Part shown: piece by piece, positions 35,033 to 46,711 of the stretch | Numbering within the stretch: the stretch's first letter is position 1 | Layout of the letters: each line of letters starts with the position of its first letter | NCBI GenBank assembly: GCA_023442215.1 | Contig: JAEZMP010000216.1 | Span: 1 to 53,737, forward strand | Reading direction: 5' to 3' | Length of the DNA stretch: 53,737 bases | From: Pseudomonadota bacterium | GTDB taxonomy: Bacteria; Pseudomonadota; Alphaproteobacteria; Rhizobiales; Segnochrobactraceae | The notes under the pieces: model-generated | What the model saw: only the letters and a program-made list of their open reading frames with translations | What the model was told of the DNA's origin: nothing | Databases searched by the model: none | Translations under genes and position numbers: made by a program

Positions 35033-38000
35033 ATGGTCGATGAAACCACCTTGCCGGTGTCCTCCGGCGAGGCGAGCCCGGCTGCGCCCGCGCCTGAAGA
35101 GCAGGGGCCGGTGGCGCCGACGAAGAGCTATCGGCTCACCCCGCGCGCGCCGGGCGGCACCTTTCTCACCCAGCCGGCCGAGCCGTTGCGTGAGGAGGAG
35201 GGGCCGCCCATTCCTCCGCGCGGAATCGGTGGGGGCATCGCCGACTGGATCGAGAACCAGCGGCAGGTGGCTGGCACCGTCGGCTACGAAAACCCGGTGG
35301 TGTCCACGGCCCGCTCCTTCGCCGACCACATGGGGCTGAAGCGGGACGAGAGCTATGACCCCTGGCCGGACATCGAGGGGACCGAGTTCGCCAGCAACCG
35401 CAACTTCATGCGCGAGGCGATGTTCGTCGGCTCCCGTGCCGAGCTGGACCTGCTGAAGCGGCGGCACCTGGAAGAGCAGCAGAACGACGAAATCCGCTCC
35501 CAGAACCCCGTCTCCACCTTCGTGTGGGGACTGCTCGGCGCGCCGTTCGACCCCACCAACCTCCTGCCCGGCGGCGCGGTCTATCGGTCGGGGCGCCTTG
35601 GTCTCGGCATCGCACGGAGCGCGCTTGAAGGCGCCGCCGCCGGCGCGGCCGGCGGTCTAGCATCGGAGATGATCGCACGGAACACCATGCACACCCGGAC
35701 CCCGCAGGATCTCCTCACTAGCACCGCAATGGGCGCGGGCTTCGGCGGACTGATCGGCATCGGCGGCTCGGTCCTCGGCGAAGTGCTCGGCCGGTCCGCC
35801 TCCCAGCTCTCCAAGGCGGAGTTCAACCGCCTGGCCCAGAACATCGAAGTGGGGCCGCGGCCGGTCTTCGACGACGTGCGACGCCAGCTTGTGGACGCCG
35901 GGCTGCCAGAGGAGGAAGCCGCAGCGAATGCCGCCATCTGGCAGGCGCGCTATGCGGCCCGTGCGGACCGGCGCGGCCTCGGAGAGAGCGCTTTCGACCT
36001 CTATCGGAAGGAGAGGGTCGAAGTGCAGGCGGGCGAGGCGCCGGAAGCGCTGGGCGAGGCACAGCTGGGCCAGTTCGCGGGTCCCCGCGCCGGGACCGCC
36101 GATCCCGCCAAGCTGGCGAACGCCGAGGACATGGAGCGCCGCGGCTGGGACAAGGACGCCGTGTGGATGGCCACTGGCTGGGGCAAGGGAGCGGACGGCA
36201 AGTGGCGGTTTGAGATTCCCGACGATCTGAAGGGCATCGGGGCCGACGTGCCGGACAGGCTACGCGCCATCCCTGCCGGCCATGGCATTCGCCTCAGGGA
36301 GCTCTACCGCAACCCGGATCTGGAGAAGGCCTATCCTCAGGTCTTCGATCTGCCTGTGGCGACGACTTCATGGGCGGACGGGGCCTTCGATGAGAAGGCC
36401 GGCGTCATCTGGCTTAATCCGGAGGCACCGGTGGAGCAGGTGCGCCTGGCGCTGCTTCACGAAATTCAGCACGCCATCCAGGCCGAAGAAGGCTTCGCGC
36501 GCGGGTCGAACTCCCGGGTTGCTGGAGCCTCCGCCGAGGCGGCATCTGGCCGGATGGCCGGCGCCGCGGAGAAAGTGCAGGCGCGCGTGGCGCTGCTGGG
36601 AGAGAGCCCCGAGAGCGCCGCGGCCTTCGTTGCGAAGCACGAGCGGCTCGACGCGGAAGAATTGGCCCAGTGGGCAGGAAAAGCGCCCGACGAACTACGG
36701 GCGATTCGCGACGAAAACAGGCCGGCGGAGGTGTATAGGCGCAACGCCGGGGAGGTGGAAGCGCGGAACACCGAGGCCCGTTCCGTGATGAGCGGGGAAG
36801 AGCGGCTTTCCTCTCCGCCTTGGGACACGGAGGATGTACCGCGGGACCGCCAGACCCTTTACCAGTCCACCAGAAACACCGGCTCTCGGCGGGTTCCCAT
36901 CGAGATCGATCCGGCCACCCCTATCCCTGTGTCCGACCTCGGCAGGCGGGTGAGGAGCACCAACGAGAAGGCTGTGGATATTCTGCGGTCCAAGGCCGGC
37001 GAGCATGTGACCGCCTTGGGCCAGAAGATCACGGTGAGCGTGAACGCCAGCAAGAAGCTGATCTCTCAATTCACCAAGGATCTGCGTCCGACCATCGTCC
37101 AGCATCTCGACGAGGTGCTGCGGGGCACCGTCATGTATGGGCGCATGGACGACTTCAGGTATGGCGTCGCCCACGTCCGCATCGATGGCAAGGACTATGT
37201 GGTTCGACTCGTCGTGAAGCACGGCGAAGACGGAGTGGACCGGGTCCATCAGTTCGAGGGGTTCGATCTCCCGCCGGGTGGTGCTGGGCAGAGGGAGAAG
37301 GTGCCTCCACTTACGGCGGGAGAAGAAACCCCATTTCCGAAGAAGGCGGGAGGCGGGCCTGCAAAAACGGTAGATGATCTTGTCTCAGTCTACAAGGACC
37401 TCCCAGATCACACCTATTCGCGGTTTCAGGCCGGCGAGGGCGCGCCCCGGGGCGCCATCACGATGGAGAGCAACCGCGCGCTGATCGAGCTGTTTCGCGG
37501 GCGCGACCAGTCCACCTTCATGCACGAGTCTTCCCACCTCTGGCTTTCCGAGCTGATCCGGGATGCCGAGGTGAGCCCCGCCGTGAAGGAGGACCTCGAT
37601 CAGGTGCTCACCTGGCTGGGGGTGGACGACGCCTCCAAGATCGGCCGGGCGGAGCACGAGAAGTGGGCGCAGGGCTTCGAGCAATACCTGCGGGAGGGCA
37701 AGGCCCCGTCGTCGGCGCTCCAGCGGGCCTTCGACCAGTTCAAGGCGTGGCTCTCCGCCATCTACAAGAGCCTGAGCGACTCGGCGAGCCGATCCCGGAT
37801 GAAATCAGGGGCGTCATGGACCGGATGCTGGCCGCCGAAGAGCGGCCGGACAGCGCCGGCGGGTTCGGGGCCTCCGGTGGCGCCGCATATCGGTGGGAGG
37901 AAGGCAACCGACTGACGCCCTCCCTCGGTGTCGCGGAGGTGGCCGGGAAGACGCCCATCTACGGATCGCCGATCGCCTTCGTGCAAACCTCGCCTATCGC

Positions 38001-41000
38001 CGCCACTCGTCGCGCCGCGGAATGGATCGGCGACGGGCGCCTCTCCTACGCGAAGAACGCCATTGGCGTGCCGACGGCGGCGAACGAGGCCATCGGCCTG
38101 CGGGGTAACCTCGACGACGTGAAGCGCCTCGCTCGGGCGAAATATGCCGCCTACACCCGCACGCTGGAGGATCTCTACAGCCAGTACCGCTTTGGCCGGC
38201 ACAAGAGGGTTGGGGACAACGTGCGACAGATGTTCCCGGACCAGCTGCATCTCGACTTCGCCGACTTCAAGTCGGAGGTGTTTCACGCCGCCAACATGGG
38301 CGACAAGCACGCGATCCCTGAGGTGGCGAAGGCGGCCGGCGAGTTCCGGAAGATCGCCGACGCTCTGGCCGATAAGGCGGTGGAGATCGGCATCTGGAAC
38401 GAGAAGCCCAGTCCGGCGGGCACGCTCTCCTACGCCACGCATATGTTCACCACCCGCCTGGTTGGGAAGCGGAAGCAGGAGTTCGTCGCTGACGCCCAGG
38501 CCTTCTATGCGGCGGACCAGCAGGTGAAGTCCCGCCTTCAGTCCCGCATGCAGGAGCTGGCTCAGCAGCGGGACGAGATGGAGGTGCGGGCCCGCAAGCT
38601 CCAGGGCCGCATGGACACGGTGGATCGGCAGGAGCAGGAGCTGGCGGTGCGCACCAGCGAGCGGGGCATGGAGGCCCGGCGGGCCGGCCGGCGGGCGGAC
38701 CAGCTTGATGGACTGGCCACGGGCGCGGCGGAGCAGGCCTCTTCGCTTGATGAGTTCGTGGGAGCGGTGAAGGGGGACCTCAACAGTCCCGAGGCACGGG
38801 CAGAAATCGATGACCTTCGGGCCCAGGCGCGGGAGATGACCCGTCTCGCCAAGCCCCGGACCCAGGCGGACATCGCCCGCGCGGCCCGGTTTGAGCGAGA
38901 TGCGGTGCTCTCTGGTGTCCGGCTCGCCGCAGAGATCGTGATCGGCCGCAAACGGTCGTATGAGCCGCCCTCCTTCCTGCGCTGGATTGCACGGCAGGGT
39001 GGGATCAGCGACCCGAATGGTACCCTGAAGGGGAGCGATATCACCCTGCGCGGCGTCGTCTCCGCGAAGGGGCGCAGCTTCGATCAGCTCGGCGAGCGCA
39101 TCGCGGAGGAAGCCGGCGGGCTGCTCCCGGGCCGGCCGGGGGCGAACGAGGTGGAGGACTGGATCGTCCAGGCAGCGCGCGGCGAGGAGCCCGGCTGGTG
39201 GACAGCGCGCCACCTGGATGCCGAGCACGCGGGGCAGTCGCGGGTCGCGCAGGAGATCCAGCAGATGGCGGCCGAGCGCGGCGTCACGCTGCGGACCCTT
39301 GATGACGTCGCCACCTTCCTGCGCGGCGAGGAGGGACGGCCGCAGACCCTTGAGGATCTGGAACGCCGGGTTGCCGGCGAGGAGGGCTTGCGCTCGGAAG
39401 GCATGACCGGCGGGGCGCTCGCCGAGGAGGCGCGGCAGGCACTGGAAGGGGCACTGGGTGATCGCGCCTCGGCTCGGGCTGCGGTGCGCGACGCGATGGT
39501 GGCGCTCGCCGGCGTGCGCCGCCGGATGGGCCGCGCCGAGACGAAGGCGGAGGAGGCGCTGCGCGCGCTCACCGCAAACACCGACCGGCTGGAGACGCTC
39601 TCGGATCGCGCCATCGATCTGTCCGTGCGGCGTCAGATGCTCGAAGCCGCCATGGCGAACCATGAGGCGGAGGCCTCCGCCTTGCGGGGCAAGATGGAAG
39701 AGGTGGTGGGCGCCTGGAACGGCAACAGTTCGAAGGGCGCCAAGCGATCGCTGGCAAAGAGGGAGGCGGCAGGTGAGGGGATGCCGGCCGACGCTCCGCG
39801 GCTCAAGACGGCGGACGCGGCCGTAGATGATGCCATGGAGGCCATCCTCAAGACGCGCACCGACCTGACGCCGGATGAACTGCGCGCCCGGGCGGAAGAG
39901 ACCTGGCAGCGCGTGGTGAGCACACCGGCGGGACGCTTTCCCTACGACGATCAGGCCACCACCGGCGAGGCCATTCGCTCGGGCAAGGAGGAACTGGGCC
40001 GGACCTTCCAGGGGCGGACCTTCGCCATGCCCTTCGAGACCAAGGCCAAGTGGCTGGAGACAGATATCGAGCACGTCGCCCGGGTAATGATCGAGCAGAT
40101 GGAAATGGACATGGCCATCGTCCAGCGCTTCGGCTCGGTCACGGACGTGGGCGGCGCGAAGCAGATCAGCTCCGATGGTACCATGGTGTTCAAGGAGATC
40201 GCCGAGGAGGCCCGGCGGCAGATGGACCAGTTCGCCGCGGACTATCGGGCCAAGAACGGCCGAGAGCCGACGGCGAAAGAGATCGAGGCCGCGAACGAGC
40301 GCATCAAGAAGCGGGCCGACCACGACATCGAGACGCTCATGAAGCTGCTGGAGAGGCAGCGCGGGTTGTTCGGGATGCCGGACAACCCGCAGGGTGTCGG
40401 CCATCAGGCAGCGCGCGTCGCCCGCGGCTTCAACATCCTCACCTCCCTCGGCTCGGTTGTGATCTCGGCCATGTCCGACCTCGCCACGCCGCTGGTCCGC
40501 CACGGCATGGTCGAGCTGCTGGGCGATGGCTGGGTGCCCTTCGTCACATCCATCGGCCGGGAGGTTGGCGGGCGGGCCAAGGAGGAGCTGAAGCTGATGG
40601 GCGTGGGGCTCGACCTGGAGCTGAACGCCCGCATGGCGGCATTCTCGGATGTTCTCGACGATTACGGTCGGGGCTCGCCGCTGGAGCGCGCGGTGGGTGC
40701 GAGCGTCAACAAGTTCATGGCTCTTACCATGCTGCCGCAGTGGACCGACATGGGGGAGCGCGTCGTCGGCTACACCGTGATGAGCAAGACGCTCAAGGCG
40801 GCGCAGGCGGCGACCGAAGGCAGGCTGTCGGCGCGCCAGCGGGAGATGCTCGCCGACCTCGGCATCTCCGAGCCCATGGCGGCGCGCATCTGGAAGGAAT
40901 TCGCCGCGGACGGGGGAGGGGAGCGGTTCAACGGGCTGTGGCTCACGAACACCAGCGCCTGGCAGGACCAGAGCGCTGCTGAGGCCATGAGCATCGCTGT

Positions 41001-41637
41001 TGGCCGCGGGGTGGAGCGCTCCATCGTCCGGCCGGGCATGGAGCGGCCGTTCTGGTCGCAGGGCAACGAAGTGGGCCGGCTGGTCTTCCAGTTCCAAAGC
41101 TTCATGACCGCCACGGCGCAGACGGTGACTCTGGCCGGCATCCAACAGCGCGATGCCCGCGCCATCATGGGTTTCGCCGCCATGATTGGGCTGGGCGCAA
41201 TGAGCTATGCCGCGCGGCAGGCGGTGCAGGGGCGGGAGATTCCGACCGATCCGGTGAAGCTGGTGGTGGAGGGCCTGAGCACGTCGGGCCTGCTCGGCTG
41301 GCTCGATCAGGTGAACACGGTGGCGGAGAAGGCCACCGGCGGTCACGTCGGTCTTTCCCGGCTCACTGGGGAGATGACCTCGAAGCACCAGAACTATGGG
41401 CTGGCCGGCACGCTCGGCGGACCCATCGCGGGCAAGGCAGAGGACGCCTTCACGGCTGTGCAGAATTTCAGCAAGGGCCAGGGGAGCGGCTACGACGTCA
41501 ACAAGCTGCGGCGCTCCTTCCTGCCGGGCCAGAACTTCTGGCTCTTGCGCGGCGCCATCGACAATCTCGAAGACGGTCTTACAACGGCGCTCGGCTTGAA
41601 GCCGCGCAAGCGCACCCTCAAGGTTGGCGCGCAGTAA
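35033..41637 (+). pseudogene. Giant polyvalent ejection protein (~2200 aa) split by a 1-bp frameshift near 37780
   Basis: Two overlapping ORFs join as WLSAIYKSLSD-LGEPIPDEIRGVMDRML if one base is added; HEIQH and HESSH motifs. Confidence 0.8.
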
Positions 41638-41649
41638 AGGATCACCATC

Positions 41650-41790
41650 ATGGGCGAAACGATGAGAAATCTGGTCGCCGCCGTTCCGGTATGCGCTTCC
41701 CTCCTCTTTGCCGCGGCCTTCATGCTGATGCTCGCAGCAGGGTGTATATCGCTTGTATACACCTTCCTCCGATGGGCCGGGCTGTTCTAG
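41650..41790 (+). CDS. Small hydrophobic membrane protein (46 aa)
   Basis: MGETMRNLVAAVPVCASLLFAAAFMLMLAAGCISLVYTFLRWAGLF; AAGGA RBS. Confidence 0.55.
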   Translation: MGETMRNLVAAVPVCASLLFAAAFMLMLAAGCISLVYTFLRWAGLF

Positions 41791-41821
41791 CATTGCCCAT
41801 GCGGAATCAAGGGGGCGGCAA

Positions 41822-42874
41822 ATGTCCGGCAACGATGTCGTGCCAAGCGAGGGTGGTGTTCTTGACGAATTCGGGAGCGGCTTAAAAAGCATCCCTGGGG
41901 CGGTGAAGGCTATAGCCCGTCTTGTCGGGATGGGTGCCGATACTGCCATCAGTTGGCTCGACGTCCTGAAAGCGTCGGGAGAGCAGAAGGCTTCCGCTAT
42001 TCGAAACGACACCGCCTCTGCGCTAGCTATTTCCAAAGCGATCACCAAGGAGGCGGTCAAGCACGCATCAGCAGATGAAGCACTTGCGGAGCGAGCTGTT
42101 GCAACGTTCATGAGCGACGCGATGCGAAAGCAGGAAAATCGCGAGAGAGTTGCGAAAGCAGCAGTCGAAGATCTGGAGGCCGATCCGCCCCCCGGCGATA
42201 CCGGTGGGCCGAGCGATGATTGGATGAACCGGTTTCAACGATATGCGGAAGATGTTTCCTCGGAAGATGTACAACGCATGTGGGGGCGTGTTCTAGCTGC
42301 AGAGATCAGGCGGCCTGGCATTGTGACTAATCGTGTTCTAAGAACAATTGATGAAATTGACACAGAAACGGCTATTATATTTAATAAATATGGATCAAGT
42401 ATCTGTGGAAAATTCATAATTAGATGTATTTCAGGTAATATTGATTTTTATTCGCTTTCAAAATTATCACAGGCAGGTATTTTGCTGCCTGATGCGGTAT
42501 TAGGTGGTCATGTTGCAAGTTTTGCAAAAGTAAAAATAAATACTGGAGATATCGAATGGGCTATTTATAGTGAAGAATATTGCATATCATTTCCGATTAA
42601 TGCAGATATAAATAAAAATATAATATCAAGAAATATCCTAAACGAAAAAATAAATGCACCTCCGGTCAGATCAGATGGAAAGACTCCTGTAGTCGATGTT
42701 TATACACTTACAGACGTTGGATTTTATATATCAAATATAATATTTAATAATCAATATGAAAATTACATAAATTATGGAAAGCTAATTAGCTCTGAAATTG
42801 GCAATGTTGTCGTGGCGCTATATAGAAAATCAGCGGACGGACACTTCGAGCTCGTCAAACGCATTGGGGCTTGA
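41822..42874 (+). CDS. DUF2806-like moron protein
   Basis: RKQEN, DDWMNRF..A.DVS.E.VQ.MWG.VLA.EI..PG; AT-rich 3' half. Confidence 0.8.
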   Translation: MSGNDVVPSEGGVLDEFGSGLKSIPGAVKAIARLVGMGADTAISWLDVLKASGEQKASAIRNDTASALAISKAITKEAVKHASADEALAERAVATFMSDAMRKQENRERVAKAAVEDLEADPPPGDTGGPSDDWMNRFQRYAEDVSSEDVQRMWGRVLAAEIRRPGIVTNRVLRTIDEIDTETAIIFNKYGSSICGKFIIRCISGNIDFYSLSKLSQAGILLPDAVLGGHVASFAKVKINTGDIEWAIYSEEYCISFPINADINKNIISRNILNEKINAPPVRSDGKTPVVDVYTLTDVGFYISNIIFNNQYENYINYGKLISSEIGNVVVALYRKSADGHFELVKRIGA

Positions 42875-42887
42875 TTGCCTCAAATTG

Positions 42888-42915
42888 AAAAAAGCCGTCC
42901 TCTGGGCGGCCTTTT
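42888..42915. terminator. Bidirectional terminator-like hairpin
   Basis: AAAAAA-GCCGTCC-TCT-GGGCGGC-CTTTT. Confidence 0.7.
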
Positions 42916-42934
42916 GCATTTAAGGATCAGCAAC

Positions 42935-44116
42935 ATGGCAATCGTCGATTTGGCCGCCGGCTTCATCACGGCCGCGGCCATCAAGGGACCGTGCCGCGTG
43001 GCCACCCCTGGCGTGAACATCGCGCTCAACGGGCTCGCGGTGCTCGATGCCATCACGCTGATCGATGGCGACCGCGTACTGGTGAAGGACCAGACCGCGA
43101 AGCACGAGAACGGCATCTGGATTGCCCGGGCAGGCAACTGGGAGCGGGCAGGGGACTTCGACAGCACGAAGGAGGTGACCCGGGGCACGCGCGTGTTCGT
43201 GACCGACGGCTTCGCTTCGGCCAACACCGAGTGGTGGGTCTCCTCCCTCAACCCCGTGCCGGTGGGCACCGGCTCCATTACCTTCGCCCAGGCCTCGACG
43301 GCGGGCGCGGCGGTACCCCCGGCGCGGAAGGTGGAGGCGGGGAAGGGGCTCTCTGGTGGCGGCGACCTGACACAGAACCGGACCCTCAACCTCAACATCG
43401 CCGGCCTCGACACTCTCGGCGCGGTGGACCCAGCCGCCGATTATGTGGCGGTGGTGGATGCCAGCGACTCCGGCAAGCAGAAAAAGGCGCTTGCCGGCCT
43501 GATTGCCGCGGCCGGCAGCGTTCCCGCCTCCCGGGAGATCACCGCCGGCACCGGCCTTTCCGGCGGCGGGGCGCTGGCTGATGACGTCGCTCTGGCTCTA
43601 GATCTGTCCGAGGTGACGGCGAAGGCGAACATTAACTTCGCCACGGATCAGTTCGCGCTCCACGATCCCGCGGCGCCTGGCCCGGCGCGGTCTCCCGTCC
43701 CTACCTTTGTCGATGACATGGCAAAGCGCCGAGCGGCGGGCTCGGACGCTCTCGCTCTGGCGGCGTCAGGCGCGCGGGCTGACATCCTGGTGCAGGAGGA
43801 GGCAGTGGCCCTCGCCGGTGCAACCTCCGATTCCACCATCACAATCCCAGCCGGAGCCATTCTCCTCGCTGTCTCGACGCGCGTAACAGCGGCGGTCACC
43901 GGCGCTGGGTCCTTTGACGTCGGTACGGCCGACGATGGCGACGTCTTCGCCGCCGCGCTGCCCACGGGAGCCGGCTCGACGAACATCGGCTCGGTCGGAA
44001 CCGGTGTCTTCAATGTCGCCCGCGTCGTGCGGCTCAAGGCCAACGGCGGCAACTTCACCGGCGGCGTGGTGCGCGTCGCCCTCATCTACATCCGCATCAC
44101 CCCGCCCACCTCCTGA
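42935..44116 (+). CDS. Tail fibre protein
   Basis: GDRVLVKDQT..ENGIW, repeated AG.GLSGGG.L units. Confidence 0.8.
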   Translation: MAIVDLAAGFITAAAIKGPCRVATPGVNIALNGLAVLDAITLIDGDRVLVKDQTAKHENGIWIARAGNWERAGDFDSTKEVTRGTRVFVTDGFASANTEWWVSSLNPVPVGTGSITFAQASTAGAAVPPARKVEAGKGLSGGGDLTQNRTLNLNIAGLDTLGAVDPAADYVAVVDASDSGKQKKALAGLIAAAGSVPASREITAGTGLSGGGALADDVALALDLSEVTAKANINFATDQFALHDPAAPGPARSPVPTFVDDMAKRRAAGSDALALAASGARADILVQEEAVALAGATSDSTITIPAGAILLAVSTRVTAAVTGAGSFDVGTADDGDVFAAALPTGAGSTNIGSVGTGVFNVARVVRLKANGGNFTGGVVRVALIYIRITPPTS

Positions 44117-44124
44117 GGTGCACC

Positions 44125-44490
44125 ATGACCTCCCCAGTTCGATACGAAATCCAGAAGGTCGCCGTTGTCGGCCTGCCGGGGGCCGCCGATGACGGGCGCC
44201 CGGCTCCCGTTGAGGGCACCTTCATTGCCGACGGATTGAGCGGCCCCTTCCGGCCGAATGCCGGCCAGGTGTTCAATGTCACCATCTCCGGGGACTTCGT
44301 GGCGACGCTGACCCTCAAGCGCTCCTTCGACGGCGGCGTGACCAAGCACGAGCTGACCGCCGGCGGCGAGACCATCTACGTCTGGACGGCACCGGCCTCC
44401 GAGCGGGCGGAGGAGGGCGAGCCGGGCGTGGACTATTACCTCGAGTGCTCCGACTTCACCTCCGGCCCCGTCAGTTATCGGATCTCCTGA
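44125..44490 (+). CDS. Hypothetical virion-associated protein
   Basis: 121 aa, GAGG RBS, RSFDGG. Confidence 0.72.
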   Translation: MTSPVRYEIQKVAVVGLPGAADDGRPAPVEGTFIADGLSGPFRPNAGQVFNVTISGDFVATLTLKRSFDGGVTKHELTAGGETIYVWTAPASERAEEGEPGVDYYLECSDFTSGPVSYRIS

Positions 44491-45566
44491 TGAGCATGGA
44501 CACCACTGCGCAGCAGCTCGCCGGCAGCGCGCTGCGCTCCATCCGCCGGCTCAACCCCCTCGGTCGCGCGAAGGTCGCTCCCCAGCGCCATGTGCGCGTG
44601 CTGGCCGGCATCGATAGCCTCACGGCCGGCGGCGGGGATCCTGTGTCGTCCTATATTCCGTCGCTCACAAGCCGGCTCAAGCGGCGCCTCGGCGATGGCG
44701 GGCCGGGCCTCGTGTGGTTCGACGCGCTTCAGCCCGGCTTCTACAATGGGGCCACCAGCGGCACCGTGACCCCCTTCCTTGTTGGGAACCCCGCCTGGGA
44801 CAGTGGGCCGCGATCCCATTCCTTGTGCGGGCTGGGAACCTCCTATGTCGGCGTCGCCGGTGGATATGCAGGCTTGGATCCCGGCGTCGCCTGGGACCGA
44901 TGCCGCGTCTATTTCGAGCTCGGTGCCGGCGGCTCGTTTGGTGTGGTCTCCGCCGGAGACGGCGCGACCGGTGCAAGCGTGGATGGCACGCGCTATCCGA
45001 CTGGAGAACTCTGCGCCGTGGACATCTATCAGGACGGCGTCGCCGCGACTGGGATCGCGGTTTTCTCGATCACCGGAACTGTCGTGCTGTTCGGTGCCGA
45101 TTTCCTGAGGGATGGCGGCGGGGCGACGCTCTCCAACTGCGGTATCTCCGGGACTTATCTCTCGGAGCACGCCAGCGTTGATGATGCCTGGGGCCGCAAG
45201 TGGATGGAGATGCTGCGGCCGGACGTCTACCTGCTCAACGGCGGGATGAACGACCGCGTCACGCTCGATGACGGCGGCTATGGCCACCTGATCGACAAGC
45301 TCGTAGGCCGCTGGCAGAGCGGGGGCGCCCACGTCATGCTGGTGCGTCCGAACGATAGCTCCGACGCTGGAAGCACCTTCCTTGCAAGGTATGACCGCGT
45401 CCTCAAAGGCGTGGCTTTCGCCCGGGGCTGCGGTTACCTGGATGACCGGGACGCCCTAGGTGCCTATGCGGCGGCGGTGGCGGCGGGGTTCATGGCAGAC
45501 ACCGTGCACCCCAACGCGACCGGCAACGGGCGACGGGCGGCGGCCTACGACAAGGCGCTGTTCTGA
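44490..45566 (+). CDS. SGNH/GDSL hydrolase
   Basis: GIDSLT, GISG, GMND, DTVHP blocks. Confidence 0.85.
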   Translation: MSMDTTAQQLAGSALRSIRRLNPLGRAKVAPQRHVRVLAGIDSLTAGGGDPVSSYIPSLTSRLKRRLGDGGPGLVWFDALQPGFYNGATSGTVTPFLVGNPAWDSGPRSHSLCGLGTSYVGVAGGYAGLDPGVAWDRCRVYFELGAGGSFGVVSAGDGATGASVDGTRYPTGELCAVDIYQDGVAATGIAVFSITGTVVLFGADFLRDGGGATLSNCGISGTYLSEHASVDDAWGRKWMEMLRPDVYLLNGGMNDRVTLDDGGYGHLIDKLVGRWQSGGAHVMLVRPNDSSDAGSTFLARYDRVLKGVAFARGCGYLDDRDALGAYAAAVAAGFMADTVHPNATGNGRRAAAYDKALF

Positions 45567-45594
45567 TCGCTCGCTGAACTTCCTAACCGCCATG

Positions 45595-45617
45595 GCCGCC
45601 CTTGAGGCGGCTTTTTT
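45595..45617 (+). terminator. Intrinsic terminator
   Basis: GCCGCC-CTTGA-GGCGGC-TTTTTT. Confidence 0.8.
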
Positions 45618-45715
45618 GTGCCTGGGCGGTGAGCCGGGCGACCTATGGGGGCAGACCGCCCGGCTCCCGTCCGCCCCAGTGTCAGGGCTTGGGGCGAACG
45701 CCTTCCTTCTACCAC

Positions 45716-45737
45716 GGCCGCCTCCAGGCGGCCTTTT
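45716..45737 (+). terminator. Second intrinsic terminator before lysis genes
   Basis: GGCCGCC-TCCA-GGCGGCC-TTTT. Confidence 0.7.
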
Positions 45738-45763
45738 CATTTCCAGCAACCGATAGGTGATTC

Positions 45764-46711
45764 ATGGTCGCGCAGAACTTCGCGCCGTCGCTGGCGTGCG
45801 TCCTCGTGCATGAGGGCGGCAAGGATGATGACCCGAACGATCCCGGCGGTCGCACCGCCTATGGCGTGATCCAGCGGCGCTACAACCAGTACCGTAAGGC
45901 CAAGGGCCTGCCCGTTCGGGACGTGTGGGACATCACGCCCGCAGAGCGGGAAGAGATCTACAAGGTCTATTACTGGGACGTGTGCCGCGCGGCGGACCTC
46001 CCCGCGGGGCTCGATTATTGCGTGTTCGACGCTTGCGTGAACAGTGGTGACGCGCAGGCGGCGAAGTGGCTCCAGCGCGCGCTCAACGACGTCCGCGCCA
46101 AAACGGGGCAGGGGACGATCGCGGTGGACGCCCGCATCGGCGACGGCACGGTTCAGGCGGCCAACGAGATCGATGACGTGGACGCAGTGATCGCGGCCCT
46201 CTCCGAACGCCGGCTGGCCATGCTTCAAAACCTCAAGACGTGGAGGCTCTACGGCAAGGGCTGGGGCCGCCGCGTGGCCGACGTAAAGAAGCTGGCCCAG
46301 GCGGTAGCGCGCGGCTCGGTTCCCGCCCCGACGCCGGCCGGTTGGGTCAAGGCGCCAGACAAAGCTCCTGCTGCTGCTGGCGGCTCTCCCACCTCGCCCA
46401 AGGCACTGCCGAGCGACGCCAAGCCGCTGCCGAGCCCTACGGGTGGCGTTGTCGCTAGCACCATCGGCACCGCAGCGTCCGGTACCACTGCTGTGACCAC
46501 CCAGGCCGCGCCTTTGCAGGGGCGATCTGCGACCTTCGACTCTATCCTGTTCGGTCTTCTGGCGCTCGGTGTGCTGCTTACGCTCGCGGGTGGTGCTTGG
46601 GCCTGGTGGGCCAGCCGGAAGGCGAAGCAGATGGTGGCCGAGCTCGATATCGGGCCTCCTCCCGCCGTGGCGAATGACAACGCGGCCGCACCGGCTGAGG
46701 CGGCGGCCTGA
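45764..46711 (+). CDS. Endolysin, GH108 family, with C-terminal transmembrane helix
   Basis: HEGG..DPGG.T.YG, FDACVNSG, YGKGW.RRV; hydrophobic helix near C-terminus. Confidence 0.9.
   Translation: MVAQNFAPSLACVLVHEGGKDDDPNDPGGRTAYGVIQRRYNQYRKAKGLPVRDVWDITPAEREEIYKVYYWDVCRAADLPAGLDYCVFDACVNSGDAQAAKWLQRALNDVRAKTGQGTIAVDARIGDGTVQAANEIDDVDAVIAALSERRLAMLQNLKTWRLYGKGWGRRVADVKKLAQAVARGSVPAPTPAGWVKAPDKAPAAAGGSPTSPKALPSDAKPLPSPTGGVVASTIGTAASGTTAVTTQAAPLQGRSATFDSILFGLLALGVLLTLAGGAWAWWASRKAKQMVAELDIGPPPAVANDNAAAPAEAAA

Noticed and set aside
37760..37800. Programmed ribosomal frameshift
   Set aside because: No slippery heptamer visible; a 1-bp deletion is simpler
37762..42111. 1449-aa minus-strand ORF
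   Set aside because: Antisense shadow of the ejection gene in high-GC DNA; no motifs
42935..45566. Diversity-generating retroelement or invertible fibre cassette
   Set aside because: No reverse transcriptase, invertase or template/variable repeat pair seen
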